NCBI GenBank assembly: GCA_040882355.1
Contig: JBBEBM010000004.1
Location: 62,001 to 112,481 of the forward strand
Reading direction: 5' to 3'
DNA: 50,481 bases
From: Dehalococcoidia bacterium
GTDB taxonomy: Bacteria > Chloroflexota > Dehalococcoidia > DSTF01 > RBG-16-68-14
Part shown: piece by piece, positions 31,102 to 41,398 of the stretch
Position numbering within the stretch: position 1 is the stretch's first letter
How the letters are laid out: each line of letters opens with the position of its first letter
Made by a program: the position numbers and the translations under genes
The notes under the pieces: generated by a model
What the model saw: only the letters and a program-made list of their open reading frames with translations
Told to the model about the DNA's origin: nothing
Database searches by the model: none

Positions 31102-32358
31102 ATGAAACGCACGCCGGCGGGGTTGCCGCTCCTGGCGCTTGCGCTGGTGTTGGCGTCCGCCTGCGGTAGCGCAGACCAAGAGCGCGAGGCCGACAGCACG
31201 AAGGCGGCGCCCGCCGGCGTGTCGGAGGAGGTACCCGGCGTAAGCGACACCGAGATCAAGCTGGGCACACACATGCCCCTGAGCCAGACGCCGGCGGCCG
31301 CCTACGCGATCATTGCGGACGGCATGAAGGCCTACTTTGACTACATCAATGACACGGAGGACGGCGTGCATGGCAGGAGGATCACGCTCATCGTCGGAGA
31401 CGACCACTACTCGCCTGCGGATACGGTAGAGGTCGTGCGAAGGTTGGTGGAGCAGGACAACGTGTTTGCCATCGTCGGCGGGCTTGGCGATGCCACCCAT
31501 CTGGCGGTCTCCGGGTACCTGGAGCAGCGTGGGGTGCCGGACCTCTTCATCTCGTCCGGAATCCAGTCGTGGACCGAGCCCGTCGTGAGCACGCGCTTCA
31601 GCGGCAACCCCCTCTATGTCCAAGAAGGGGCGATGCTTGGCCAGTACGTCGCGGAGCACTTCCCTGGAAAGAAGCTGGGCCTCCTGGTCCAGGACGATGA
31701 GTTCGGCCAGGAGGGAGAGGAAGGGATCCGGCGCGGGATCGAGGGGAGTGATGTCGAGATTGTGGCCGTTCAGACGTACGACCCCGCCAACCTCCTGGGC
31801 GACGTTACCGGGCAGACACAACGTCTCAAAAACGAGGGCGTGGACGTCGTCGCGGCGTACGCGCTGCCGCCGCAGGCCGCGAGTCTGATCAAGACAGCCC
31901 GCGAGGTGCTCAACTGGGACGTCCCGGTCGTCATCTCGGGAGTCAACGCGTCCGACGCCTTCGTCCAGCTCGCCGGCGTCGAAAACGCAGAGGGCGTGGT
32001 AACGGTCTTGTTTGGTCATCAGACCTGGGAAACGGACAATCCTGGCGTCCAGCAGTTCCTGGACGTGATGGAGAAGTACGCGCCGGCGGCGCCTGTCGAG
32101 AACTTCACGGAGTATGGCTATGCCATTGCGGAGCTGACGGTCGAGGTGCTGCGGCGGGCCGGGCCCGACCTGACGCGCGAAGGCCTCGTCGATGCCGCGG
32201 AGTCGATCCGGGGCTACGACTGCTCGATCTGCTACGCGCCTGTGAGCTTAAGCCCGACCGACCACCGGCCGGTCGAGGTAGAGAGATACGTCCGGTTGGA
32301 GGACGGCAAGTGGGTGCCCTTCGGCGACCTTGTGGATTTCGAGTCGACGCCTGAGTAG
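31102..32358 (+). CDS. ABC substrate-binding lipoprotein 2 (tandem paralog)
   Basis: Lipobox LASAC; aligns to SBP1 at offset 1290. Confidence 0.9.
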   Translation: MKRTPAGLPLLALALVLASACGSADQEREADSTKAAPAGVSEEVPGVSDTEIKLGTHMPLSQTPAAAYAIIADGMKAYFDYINDTEDGVHGRRITLIVGDDHYSPADTVEVVRRLVEQDNVFAIVGGLGDATHLAVSGYLEQRGVPDLFISSGIQSWTEPVVSTRFSGNPLYVQEGAMLGQYVAEHFPGKKLGLLVQDDEFGQEGEEGIRRGIEGSDVEIVAVQTYDPANLLGDVTGQTQRLKNEGVDVVAAYALPPQAASLIKTAREVLNWDVPVVISGVNASDAFVQLAGVENAEGVVTVLFGHQTWETDNPGVQQFLDVMEKYAPAAPVENFTEYGYAIAELTVEVLRRAGPDLTREGLVDAAESIRGYDCSICYAPVSLSPTDHRPVEVERYVRLEDGKWVPFGDLVDFESTPE

Positions 32359-32456
32359 GACATTCGGCCCGACAACCGACGGCTGTCTGGCCCTGTTCGT
32401 CCAGCACAGCAGCGCATAGCATGAGTATGCGGAAACCCTTGAAGGAGGAGAATGTC

Positions 32457-32957
32457 ATGGCATCCAAGACTGAGGCCGCGCGGGACAAGTTCTTCGACGC
32501 TATCAACGAGACGTATGATGCCTTCATCAGCGGCATTGAAGCGGCTGAGGAGCGCGGGCACCGGGTTTCGCAGAGGCTGTTGAACGAAGCTCGAAAGAGC
32601 GAGGAGGAGGTGTCCACGCTAGGCCGAACGTGGGCGAATGCGCCGACCCGCGTCCACGAGAACCTGGCAGCCATGATCGACGCCCAGGCGCGGTCGCAGC
32701 GCCGGGCGCTGGAGATGGCGCGGGACTCGCTGAAAGGCACCGAAGCCTACCGGGATGAGGTGCGGGAGGCGCTGCGCCGAGTGATCCGGGCCAACCGGAC
32801 GGGTACGGACGCGATGGTCGATGTAGCGAGGGCTGCCACGTCGCGCGCCGCCAAAGAGGTAGACCGTTTGCCCCTCCCACGCAGATCATCTCCGCGCCCG
32901 CGGCCATCGCGTATTGCGGTAGTCGAAGGCAACGGCGCGGAGACGAAGGCCGGCTAA
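32457..32957 (+). CDS. Amphipathic helical protein, phasin/apolipoprotein-like
   Basis: AGGAGGAG RBS; A/E/R-rich, no TM, directly before WS/DGAT. Function inferred. Confidence 0.6.
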   Translation: MASKTEAARDKFFDAINETYDAFISGIEAAEERGHRVSQRLLNEARKSEEEVSTLGRTWANAPTRVHENLAAMIDAQARSQRRALEMARDSLKGTEAYRDEVREALRRVIRANRTGTDAMVDVARAATSRAAKEVDRLPLPRRSSPRPRPSRIAVVEGNGAETKAG

Positions 32958-33019
32958 GGTCCGGCCTGCTGGACGCGCCTCGCGACCACACGGTCGCCGG
33001 GCGCGAGTGGGGTGCTGTG

Positions 33020-34525
33020 ATGGGCGACAAGTTGCCGGAGCGACTCAGCTATGAAGATGCAACGTTCTTGGCGTTCGACCGGGACGAGTTCCCGTACAAT
33101 GTCGGTTCAGTCGGCATCTACGAGGGCGTCATCTCCTTGGAGCGTTACGCGGCGCACGTGCGGCGCCGGCTGGACCGGGTGCCGCGCTACCGGCAGCGTT
33201 TGGTTCACGTGCCACTGAACCTCGCGCATCCAGCCTGGCACGACGACCCGGACTTCGACATCGGGCGCCACATCGAAGAAGTCATCCTGCCGCCCCCTGG
33301 CGATGAGGCGCAGCTTAGGCGCCTGGCTGGTGAGTTCCTCGCCGCCCCGCTCGACCGGACCAAGCCCCTCTGGGAGATCCGCGTCGTGCAGGGCCTCAGT
33401 GGGGGACGCACCGCCCATATGGCGAAGATCCACCACTGCCTCGTCGACGGTATCGCCGGCGTGCAGCTCATGGGCGCCCTGCTCGACGTCGAGCCCAATC
33501 CGCCGGAGACGGCGGCGGCGGACCCCTGGTCTCCCCCCAAGTCGCTGCCGGGCCCGGCGGAAACGCTGGTGGATGCGACGTTCGACCAACTCCTTGAGCT
33601 GACCTCGACGGTGGAGGGCGTGGTCCTGGGGCTCGTTGATCCGCGCTCCACGGCCCGTTCCATCCGCTCTATCGTGAAGTCGCTACAGGCGGCTGTGCCC
33701 CACATGTTCCGGATCGGCCGGATGCCGTGGGCGACGAGTCTGCAGGCGCCGTCGGGCCTTGCCTGGCAACGCCTCCCGTTCGACCGGGTGCAGAGCGTTC
33801 GTCACCGGCTGGGAGGGACCGTCAACGACGTCGTCTTAACGACGCTCTCCGGCGCGCTAGGCCGCTACCTCGCCTTCCATGGCCGCCAGACCGACGGCGA
33901 AGAAGTCCGGGTGCTGATCCCCGTGAACGTGCGCGGGAAGGACGAGCAACGTAGTCTCGGAAACCGCGTCTCCTTCATGCTGGCGGGCCTGCCCGCGGGA
34001 CTCAGCGATCCCCTCGCGAGATTCAAGGTGATTCACGCCGAGATCGCCTCCTTGAAGGAGATCGACCAAGCTGGAAACCTGGATAGACTCGCGAGCCTGA
34101 TTGGCCGGTCGCCGCCGTCGTTCCAGCACCAGCTCGGCGCCGGCCTCAGAATGCCGAACTTCATCTACGACTTCGTGTGCACCAACGTGCCCGGCCCCAG
34201 CTCGCCCCTCTACTGCCTGGGCCACCGCATGATCGAGCACTATCCATGGGTACCCATCGGCTGGCGGATGGGCCTCGGCGTGGCGGTGATGAGCTACGAC
34301 GGGGAGCTGTGCTTCGCGCTGACCGCCGATCGCGGCGTGCTCGCGGATCTGGACCGCCTCGCCGCCTTCGTCGGCGAGGCCTTCGACGAGCTCGAGAAGG
34401 CCGTCGGCGATGGTGACAAGGCGAGGGAGCCCACCGTTCCCCCGGTGCTCGCGGCTAACGAAGATGGCGCCAGGCGCCCGGACGGTAAGCCGCGTCGCGT
34501 CGGTGCCCCTCAGGAACCGAGGTAG
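33020..34525 (+). CDS. Wax ester synthase/diacylglycerol acyltransferase
   Basis: HHCLVDG catalytic motif, PLDRTKPLWE, TVNDVVL, TNVPGP. Confidence 0.95.
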   Translation: MGDKLPERLSYEDATFLAFDRDEFPYNVGSVGIYEGVISLERYAAHVRRRLDRVPRYRQRLVHVPLNLAHPAWHDDPDFDIGRHIEEVILPPPGDEAQLRRLAGEFLAAPLDRTKPLWEIRVVQGLSGGRTAHMAKIHHCLVDGIAGVQLMGALLDVEPNPPETAAADPWSPPKSLPGPAETLVDATFDQLLELTSTVEGVVLGLVDPRSTARSIRSIVKSLQAAVPHMFRIGRMPWATSLQAPSGLAWQRLPFDRVQSVRHRLGGTVNDVVLTTLSGALGRYLAFHGRQTDGEEVRVLIPVNVRGKDEQRSLGNRVSFMLAGLPAGLSDPLARFKVIHAEIASLKEIDQAGNLDRLASLIGRSPPSFQHQLGAGLRMPNFIYDFVCTNVPGPSSPLYCLGHRMIEHYPWVPIGWRMGLGVAVMSYDGELCFALTADRGVLADLDRLAAFVGEAFDELEKAVGDGDKAREPTVPPVLAANEDGARRPDGKPRRVGAPQEPR

Positions 34526-35217
34526 GACCGGCGCACGGCTCCGTTGTTTCGGAGCGTTTCGCCAGTACCCTCCAGAACCACTTGACCCGTCTCTAGCAGG
34601 TAGCCGTGGTGCGCCATCCGAAGGGCCAGCTCGGCGTTCTGTTCCACGAGCAGGACGGTCAGGCCTTCTTCCCGGCTGATCGTCTGGAGCTTCTCAAAGA
34701 TTTCCCGCACGAGCATGGGAGCGAGCCCAAGCGAGGGCTCGTCCAGCAGAAGGAAACGCGGCCTCGCCATGAGCGCGCGCCCGATCGCCAGCATCTGCTG
34801 CTCGCCGCCGCTGAGCAGGCCACCCTGGAGGCGCTGGCGCTCCCTGAGCGACGGGAAGTAAGAGAATACACGCTCCATGTCATCTCGAACTCCGCGACTA
34901 CCTGCCCTGGAGAATGCGCCGAGGCGGAGATTCTCAACGACCGTCAGCCCCCCAAAGATCTGGCGCCCCTCGGGCACATGGGCGATCCCCAACTGCACGA
35001 CGCGCTCCGCCGGCAGCCTGTCGATCCGCCGCCCGGCGAACTCCACGCTGCCCGTGGAGGGCCGGAGGATCCAAGAGACGACTCGCAGCATGGAGGTCTT
35101 CCCGGCGCCGTTGGGACCGAGCACCGCAACGATGCTTCCCTCCGCCACCTCCAGCGAAATGCCTTGGAGGGCAAGGACCGGCCCGTAAGCAGCGTGAACG
35201 CCTTGGATGCTAAGCAT
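34510..35217 (-). CDS. ABC ATPase (LivF-like)
   Basis: GPNGAGKT, LSGGEQQMLA, LDEPSLGLAP. Confidence 0.94.
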   Translation of the reverse strand: MLSIQGVHAAYGPVLALQGISLEVAEGSIVAVLGPNGAGKTSMLRVVSWILRPSTGSVEFAGRRIDRLPAERVVQLGIAHVPEGRQIFGGLTVVENLRLGAFSRAGSRGVRDDMERVFSYFPSLRERQRLQGGLLSGGEQQMLAIGRALMARPRFLLLDEPSLGLAPMLVREIFEKLQTISREEGLTVLLVEQNAELALRMAHHGYLLETGQVVLEGTGETLRNNGAVRRSYLGS

Positions 35218-35977
35218 CGGAATCGCCGAGGTAGGCGCCTAACACCGCTGGATCGCGCTGGACCTCCTCCGCCGTGCCTTCTGCGATTTTGGTGCCGAAG
35301 TTCAACACGCACACGCGGTCGGATACGTCCATGACCAGGTGCATGTTGTGCTCGACCAGGACCACCGTCAGCTTCAGCTCGTCACGCAATTGGCGTACCA
35401 AGTGAGCCAGCCCCGCCGCTTCTTCGAAGCTCAAGCCGTTGGCCGGCTCGTCCAGGAGAAGCAGGCGCGGCTGGGACACGAGAGCCCGCGCGAGCTCGAC
35501 ACGCTTCTTCAGCCCGAACGGGAGCCCGGCCACCGAAATGTCGCGGTGGTCTTGGAGCCCAAGCATCTCTAGCATCTCTTCCGCACGCCGACGGGCGTGC
35601 CGCTCCTCACGCCCTACGCGCGGGAGCGCGAACGCACAATCGAGCAGGCTGCTACGCATTGTCGTGTGCTGCCCGACCAGGACGTTCTCGATCACTGACA
35701 TGCTGCCGAAGAGTTCCAGGTTCTGGAACGTCCTCGCCACACCCGCCGCGATCACCTTGTGAGCGGGCAGGCGCAGCAGGTCGGCGCCGTCGAACAGGAT
35801 CGAGCCACGGCCGGGTTCATATACGCGGGTGATGCAGTTGAACACCGTGGTCTTGCCCGATCCGTTCGGCCCAATGAGCCCGAGGATCTGCCCCGGCTCA
35901 TGGCTGAACGTGACACCGTCCAGCGCGACGACGCCGCCGAAGCGGATAGAGAGGTCTTCGATCGATAAGAGTGCCAC
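35210..35977 (-). CDS. ABC ATPase (LivG-like)
   Basis: GPNGSGKT, ARTFQN, AYLG. Confidence 0.94.
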   Translation of the reverse strand: MALLSIEDLSIRFGGVVALDGVTFSHEPGQILGLIGPNGSGKTTVFNCITRVYEPGRGSILFDGADLLRLPAHKVIAAGVARTFQNLELFGSMSVIENVLVGQHTTMRSSLLDCAFALPRVGREERHARRRAEEMLEMLGLQDHRDISVAGLPFGLKKRVELARALVSQPRLLLLDEPANGLSFEEAAGLAHLVRQLRDELKLTVVLVEHNMHLVMDVSDRVCVLNFGTKIAEGTAEEVQRDPAVLGAYLGDSDA

Positions 35978-35999
35978 GGAAGGGTACCTGATGCAAGTC

Positions 36000-36392
36000 C
36001 TAGCTGAATGTCATGAACTTCGGTTCGATGAACGCTCGCAGCACGTCCGGCCGCGAGATCACTCCCACAAGCTTCCCTTCTTCGGTCACGGGCACCCGCA
36101 CGATCTGCTTCGTGTCGAGTAGCTGCATGACCTCCTCCACCGAGGCCCCGACGTCAACGCTGATGACCTCTGCGGACATAATGTCGCGGGCGATAGTAGT
36201 TTCCAACGGCTTGCCAGCGCGGATCGCCCGGATGACATCGATTTCGCTGACGATTCCCGTCACCGCTCCGGCGCGGTCGGTGACCGGCAACGCGCTATAC
36301 CCCCCCATGAGCAACTGGATCGCGACATCGCGGGCAGTTGTCGTGGGCGCCGCGGCCACGACCGGGCGGTTCATGATCTCTCGCGCTTGCAC
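36000..36392 (-). CDS. CBS-pair protein
   Basis: Two CBS repeats (LPV...GIVS; VPV...GVIS). Confidence 0.9.
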   Translation of the reverse strand: MQAREIMNRPVVAAAPTTTARDVAIQLLMGGYSALPVTDRAGAVTGIVSEIDVIRAIRAGKPLETTIARDIMSAEVISVDVGASVEEVMQLLDTKQIVRVPVTEEGKLVGVISRPDVLRAFIEPKFMTFS

Positions 36393-36560
36393 ACGCGCAC
36401 CTCCGTTCAGGAATCCCTCCAGGTTCTTCCACGATATGGGGCAGGGCCGGCTCCTCTCAAGGGCCGACTATCCTGCGAACGCAGGCCAGTCGGCCTGAGT
36501 GGAACCTGGCATGCGGAAGGGGCGCGATCGCGGGAATCTGCTAGGATTGGAGAAAGAGCC

Positions 36561-37361
36561 ATGACGAAGCCTGACGTTCTAGAGGACTTCGAAGCTGCAT
36601 CACTGCCGTTGTGGCGTGAGGCGCTGGTCGGGGTGGAGTGGCTCTCGTTGCGTGCATCCGGCGTGTTCCGCTGCATCGGCGTCCCGGAAGGGGACGGTTC
36701 GGGTGTCGTGGTCATTCCGGGCTTTCTCGGGTCGGACCGCTACCTCGGTGATCTCCACGGCTGGCTCGGGCGGCTGGGCTACCGGTCTTACCTGTCCGGC
36801 ATCGGACGCAACATCGAATGCCCCAACGTGCTCATGGGGCGCCTGCTGGAGACGATCGACTTGGCCCAGGCGGAGGCGGGCGGCAGCGTGCACCTCATCG
36901 GGCACAGCCTGGGTGGCACACTGGCACGGGCCGCCGCGACGCTCTACCCGAAGCGGATCGCATCGGTGATCACCATGGCCTCGCCCTTTCGGGGCGTCCG
37001 CGCTCACCCGCTGATCCTCCAGGCCGCCGCCTTTTTCCGCCAGCGCATCCACGGTCGCACAGGCGACTCTCGTGTGCCGGTCGAATGCTATAGCGGCTTC
37101 TGTAAATGCGATGCTGTCGACGCGCTGCGCAGGCCATTCCCGGCGTCAGTCCTACAGACCGCCATCTACACCAAGAACGACGGGGTCGTCGACTGGAACT
37201 TCTGCATCGATGGGGACCCGGAGACGGATATCGAAGTGTCCGGGAGCCACGTTGGCCTCGTCTTCAACCCGAGGGTCTACCGGCACATCGCGGAGCGGCT
37301 GGCCTGCGCGCCGCAGCGCCGAGGCCGGCGGCGGCGCCCCAAGCTGCAGACCTTCGGCTGA
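36561..37361 (+). CDS. Alpha/beta hydrolase (lipase-like)
   Basis: IPGF, GHSLGG, DGVV, SHVGL. Confidence 0.9.
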   Translation: MTKPDVLEDFEAASLPLWREALVGVEWLSLRASGVFRCIGVPEGDGSGVVVIPGFLGSDRYLGDLHGWLGRLGYRSYLSGIGRNIECPNVLMGRLLETIDLAQAEAGGSVHLIGHSLGGTLARAAATLYPKRIASVITMASPFRGVRAHPLILQAAAFFRQRIHGRTGDSRVPVECYSGFCKCDAVDALRRPFPASVLQTAIYTKNDGVVDWNFCIDGDPETDIEVSGSHVGLVFNPRVYRHIAERLACAPQRRGRRRRPKLQTFG

Positions 37362-37366
37362 GCCAG

Positions 37367-38602
37367 CTACTGCTCCGCAGCTTCCGCCTTCTCGAAGCGC
37401 ACGCGCAACCAGCCTTCCTCCAGTCGCGCACCCTTGGCCGAGTAAAAGCCGATGAACTTGGGCAGGAAGATGCTGCGGCGTTGACCGCGTACTTGCACCA
37501 CGAGCTCGCTACCGTACTGTAGTACCGACACGTCCTCGCTGCCCAGAAACGGCAGGTGGATCTCAAGCAGATAGGCTCCATTCTGGGCGCTGAGGCGGAA
37601 CGGCCGCTCGGTGGAGAAAAATGACGCCGGGTCCTGGCCGTCGTACAGCCCTCGGCCGATCTCCGAGAGCAGCGCGAGGCCCCGCACTTCTTTTCCTGTG
37701 TGCGGCACCTGGAAGACGGGCAACCGTGGGAACGCCTCCTCGATCTCCTCCAGGTATCCTCGCTGGGCCGTCAGGTACTCCTGGAAGAGCGGCCCAACCC
37801 CCTCCTCAGGGAGAACGCGATTGACGATCACCGCGTCGATGGCGTAGCCATACAGTTGCAGCGACGTGTACGCTCTCTGGCTCTCCTCGATGACCATGCG
37901 CTCCGGGTTGACCACGAGGCGAATGGAGCTCGCGGTCGGGTCGGTCAGCACGCTGTGGATGCTCGTGAGCTTCGCATAGAGGTCCGTTGCTTCCTCGTAC
38001 GCCTCGTCTTGAGGGACGGGACGCCGGGTTAGAGCCCGCACGACGGGCCCGACCGCCTTGGCCATTCCCTTCGGGAAGGCGCGCTCCACCCACCACTGCC
38101 CGACCACGGGAAGCGACAGGAGCTTCAGCGTCTCTCCTGTTGGGGCGCTATCGATGAGGATGACGTCGAAGTCGCCCTCGCGCTGAAACTGCTCGACCCA
38201 GAGGAACGTCGCCCCTTCTTCCATCCCCGGCAGGGCGGCCATCTCTTCTGCCAGCGCCTCGTCCACCTGCTGCCACCTGAAGAGCTGGACCACGTACTGC
38301 CGGAGCGTGCCCCAGTACTTCTGAATGGAGTAGTAGACATCGATCTCCTGGGCGTAGACCCGGGGCGCCACTTCTTGCGGCTCGGGCCCCAGCGTTCGCT
38401 CCAGCGAATCGCCCAGGCTATGGGCGGGGTCCGATGAGATGATCAGGACCTTGTGCCCCAGCTCGGCTGCCCGCAGCGCCGACGCCGCCGCGATCGTCGT
38501 CTTCCCAACGCCGCCTTTGCCAGTGAACAGCAAGATGCGTGGCCCGCTGCGCGCGGCTTCCGCGGGCGCCGCCTCCAACTCGGGCCTGTCAGATCTCCCC
38601 AA
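37367..38602 (-). CDS. ArsA/Get3-family ATPase with C-terminal alpha-crystallin-like domain
   Basis: GKGGVGKT, DPAHSL, DSAPTG; beta-rich tail ending WLRVRF; no Cys. Confidence 0.9.
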   Translation of the reverse strand: MGRSDRPELEAAPAEAARSGPRILLFTGKGGVGKTTIAAASALRAAELGHKVLIISSDPAHSLGDSLERTLGPEPQEVAPRVYAQEIDVYYSIQKYWGTLRQYVVQLFRWQQVDEALAEEMAALPGMEEGATFLWVEQFQREGDFDVILIDSAPTGETLKLLSLPVVGQWWVERAFPKGMAKAVGPVVRALTRRPVPQDEAYEEATDLYAKLTSIHSVLTDPTASSIRLVVNPERMVIEESQRAYTSLQLYGYAIDAVIVNRVLPEEGVGPLFQEYLTAQRGYLEEIEEAFPRLPVFQVPHTGKEVRGLALLSEIGRGLYDGQDPASFFSTERPFRLSAQNGAYLLEIHLPFLGSEDVSVLQYGSELVVQVRGQRRSIFLPKFIGFYSAKGARLEEGWLRVRFEKAEAAEQ

Positions 38603-38873
38603 GCCCAGCCTCCTTTGGCAGGGTACTGCCGGCGAGCCTGGCGGCCAAGCATACTGCGCCCGTGCCCTCGCGCCGGCTCGATCTCGAGGGCCTGGTCATT
38701 CCTGAGACAGCCGACCAGCCTCGACGCCGATCTGGCGGCCGTTCTCGCGGCTGCTGGTGAAGCGGACACGCATCGGGGCAGGGTAGCGGGCACCGGCCGC
38801 TCAACCTACACTAGGTGGGGATAGCTCTGGTCAAGGCTTGGCGATGAGCCGGGTTCGCCGTGGTGAAAGCTCG

Positions 38874-39572
38874 CTACAGAGGGGCGGTAGAGTGAAGGGC
38901 AGCGCGGCGCTTCTCTCGGCACAGTCTGAGATCGGCCGTCGCAATAAGCTCTCCGGCGGTTCGACCGTCATCCGGCCAGAACGCCATACCGTATCGGAAT
39001 CCTGCTTCGCCGAGGCGCCCTTGACCAGTGCGCCTCCGACGTATGCCGACCACAGCCAAATGCAGCCGGTTGAGCGCAGACCTCGCGCTGTGCGGGTCAG
39101 TATCCCTCAATATCAGACAGAACTCATCGCCTCCATAGCGCGCAGCGATGTCTCCTTGGCGAAGCTGGCTCCTCATCACTGCTGCCACCGCTCTAAGGAC
39201 CTCGTCTCCAGTGAGATGACCGAGTACGTCGTTGACCATCTTGAATCGATCTAGATCAAGCATGGCAACGCACAGCCGTCTACTGAACGTTCGTTCACCC
39301 GTTACCAGTTCATCTAGTCGAAGCATCAGGTGTCGCCGGTTGCCGAGATTGGTCAGTGGATCCTGCCTCGCGAGCCGTCGAAGCTGCGAAATCACGAACC
39401 GCTGGCGCTCAATCACGCCTTCTGCCCGCGAACGAGCGATGATTCCCAGCCAAAGCGAACCTGCGATAAGGCCAAGGCAGACCACGGCTGAAGAGATCCG
39501 ACGTAAGCCGGCCACCTGCGGTACCAACATGCCTCCAGAGCGGACATGGCGAGCTCCTGCTGTGACTCCCAT
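38874..39572 (-). CDS. Membrane-anchored diguanylate cyclase
   Basis: DPLTNL, DLDRFK, RQGD I-site, RYGGDEF. Confidence 0.9.
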   Translation of the reverse strand: MGVTAGARHVRSGGMLVPQVAGLRRISSAVVCLGLIAGSLWLGIIARSRAEGVIERQRFVISQLRRLARQDPLTNLGNRRHLMLRLDELVTGERTFSRRLCVAMLDLDRFKMVNDVLGHLTGDEVLRAVAAVMRSQLRQGDIAARYGGDEFCLILRDTDPHSARSALNRLHLAVVGIRRRRTGQGRLGEAGFRYGMAFWPDDGRTAGELIATADLRLCREKRRAALHSTAPL

Positions 39573-39575
39573 GAA

Positions 39576-40907
39576 CTAGGCCCCTTGTGGCGCTATCAAT
39601 CGTCGCGACACATCGATGTCGGCATCAAGCGCGTTTAGCACTGCTACCACCTTGTCATCGTGCTGCGTACCGGCGCCACCGTTGATGACTTGCATGGCGT
39701 CTGAGTGTGACAGCGCACGACGATCGGGCCTTTCTGACGTCAGTGCAACATAAGCATCCGCCGCTGCCAAGACGAGCGCTTCTAAGGGAATATCTCCACC
39801 AGACATGCCAGGGTAACCGTGACCGTCCGGACGTCTGTGGTGGCCGAGGACCCATTTGGTAATCCTCGCCAGGCCAGGCACCTCCTCTAACGCCATCTCG
39901 GCGTAGGCTGGATGTTGACGGATCGATGCCATTTCTGTCAGCGTCAGAATGTCTGGCTTGAGCAGGATCTGCGAAGGTACCGCTAGGAGGCCGATATCGT
40001 GAAGCAGGCCAGCAGCGTAGAGTTCAGCAGGGTCCAGTCGCAGGCCGCCGGCAACTCGTGCAGCCAGTTGGGCGGTCCGATGCGAATGCCCGCTTCTGAA
40101 TAAGATCCCTTTGCTGTCCGCCAACACCGCAAACACTTCGCAAAATCTCAGAAATACCTGGCCGCCGGATTCTGACCTGAGGGGAAGCTCCATCACGGAC
40201 GAAATATCCACTAGGCTCTCTCGCAGCAAGTCGCTGTGCAGGTCAGCCCAGAAATCATCCGACCTGAGCACTTGCACGAGGTAGGGTACGAGAGCCGGAT
40301 CGAGCTGGCCCCCGGCGAGTTTGCTTAGGTCTTCGTCTATGTGTCTTCGAGCATCAAGGGACGACGCACCCTGCATGAGCAGCAATTCCGTGGCATCCGC
40401 GGCGGCGACTATGCGGGCTTCCAAAGGAATGTCTTCACCGGCTCGACGTTCCGGAAATCCAGTCCCGTCCCATCTCTCATGGTGGAACCTGACTGCGTCG
40501 CCGACGGCGATCAGCAGGCCGAGTTTCTCGATGATCTGCCCACCTGAGGTGCAATGGCGAATGAGGAGTGAGCGCAGCTCAGGGTCCTGAACGTCCTCAG
40601 GCGAGAGCCCGGCGCTCTGGCCAAGCATGGCCGCGGAGAGGTTCAGAACCTGGATGCCATCGATGTCGCCCACATCATGCAGGAGGGCGCCGAAGTAGAT
40701 GATGCCCAGGCTGCGTGGCCCGGCACGTACTTCCTCCGCGAGTCTTGTCGCGATGTAGCAGACTCGGTGAGCATGACCCGGGGTCTGTTGTTCGGCCAAG
40801 CTGAGGAGAACACTGAATCCGATCGTTAGCTCGACAAGACCGGGTAAGGGCAGGCCGCCTTTGACAGATTGGCCAGACTCGCCTGCTTCCTGAATCGCAG
40901 TCACCAT
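39576..40907 (-). CDS. Tandem HD-GYP phosphodiesterase-like protein
   Basis: GGAGGT RBS; LLHDVG/HHERWDGTGFP and LLHDIG/HHRRPDGHGYP. Confidence 0.88.
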   Translation of the reverse strand: MVTAIQEAGESGQSVKGGLPLPGLVELTIGFSVLLSLAEQQTPGHAHRVCYIATRLAEEVRAGPRSLGIIYFGALLHDVGDIDGIQVLNLSAAMLGQSAGLSPEDVQDPELRSLLIRHCTSGGQIIEKLGLLIAVGDAVRFHHERWDGTGFPERRAGEDIPLEARIVAAADATELLLMQGASSLDARRHIDEDLSKLAGGQLDPALVPYLVQVLRSDDFWADLHSDLLRESLVDISSVMELPLRSESGGQVFLRFCEVFAVLADSKGILFRSGHSHRTAQLAARVAGGLRLDPAELYAAGLLHDIGLLAVPSQILLKPDILTLTEMASIRQHPAYAEMALEEVPGLARITKWVLGHHRRPDGHGYPGMSGGDIPLEALVLAAADAYVALTSERPDRRALSHSDAMQVINGGAGTQHDDKVVAVLNALDADIDVSRRLIAPQGA

Positions 40908-40959
40908 GCCACCTCCCACAGGATTCCAATGCCGCGGAAGCTTTCCTCTAGCCAGCTGT

Positions 40960-41398
40960 TCAAGCGGTTGTTCTGACCTCTCCGAGGGAGTCGTCCCTGG
41001 GCTCGCTCGACGTTCGGGCTGCCGAAGCGGCCTCGTATGCAGCCATGAAGGCTTGGACGACCTCCGGATCAAATTGCCCACCGCTGTTTCGGAGAATTTC
41101 CCCCCTCGCGACCTCGGGAGGCAGTGCCTTTCGATAGGGACGGTCGTTAGTCATCGCAAAGAACGAATCAATGACGGCGATGATTCGAGCTGCCAGGGGT
41201 ATTTCCGCACCAGCCAGGCCACGAGGATAGCCCTTGCCGTCGTAGCGTTCATGGTGGGCATGGACGATAGAGGCAACCTCAGAGAGCGAGGGTATCGCTC
41301 GGAGCTTCTCGTACCCGATTCGCGAGTGTTGCTTCAATGCTTCCCACTCTTCGCGTGTCAAGGCCCCTGGTTTCGTTCTAATGGATTCTGGAACATCG
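40960..41398 (-). pseudogene. HD-GYP C-terminal fragment
   Basis: HHERYDGKGYP, DRPYRKA; HD motif missing at recombinase junction. Confidence 0.85.

Noticed and set aside
37367..38602. Arsenic resistance ArsA
   Set aside because: Single ATPase domain, no Cys ligands, no arsB/C/D/R nearby.
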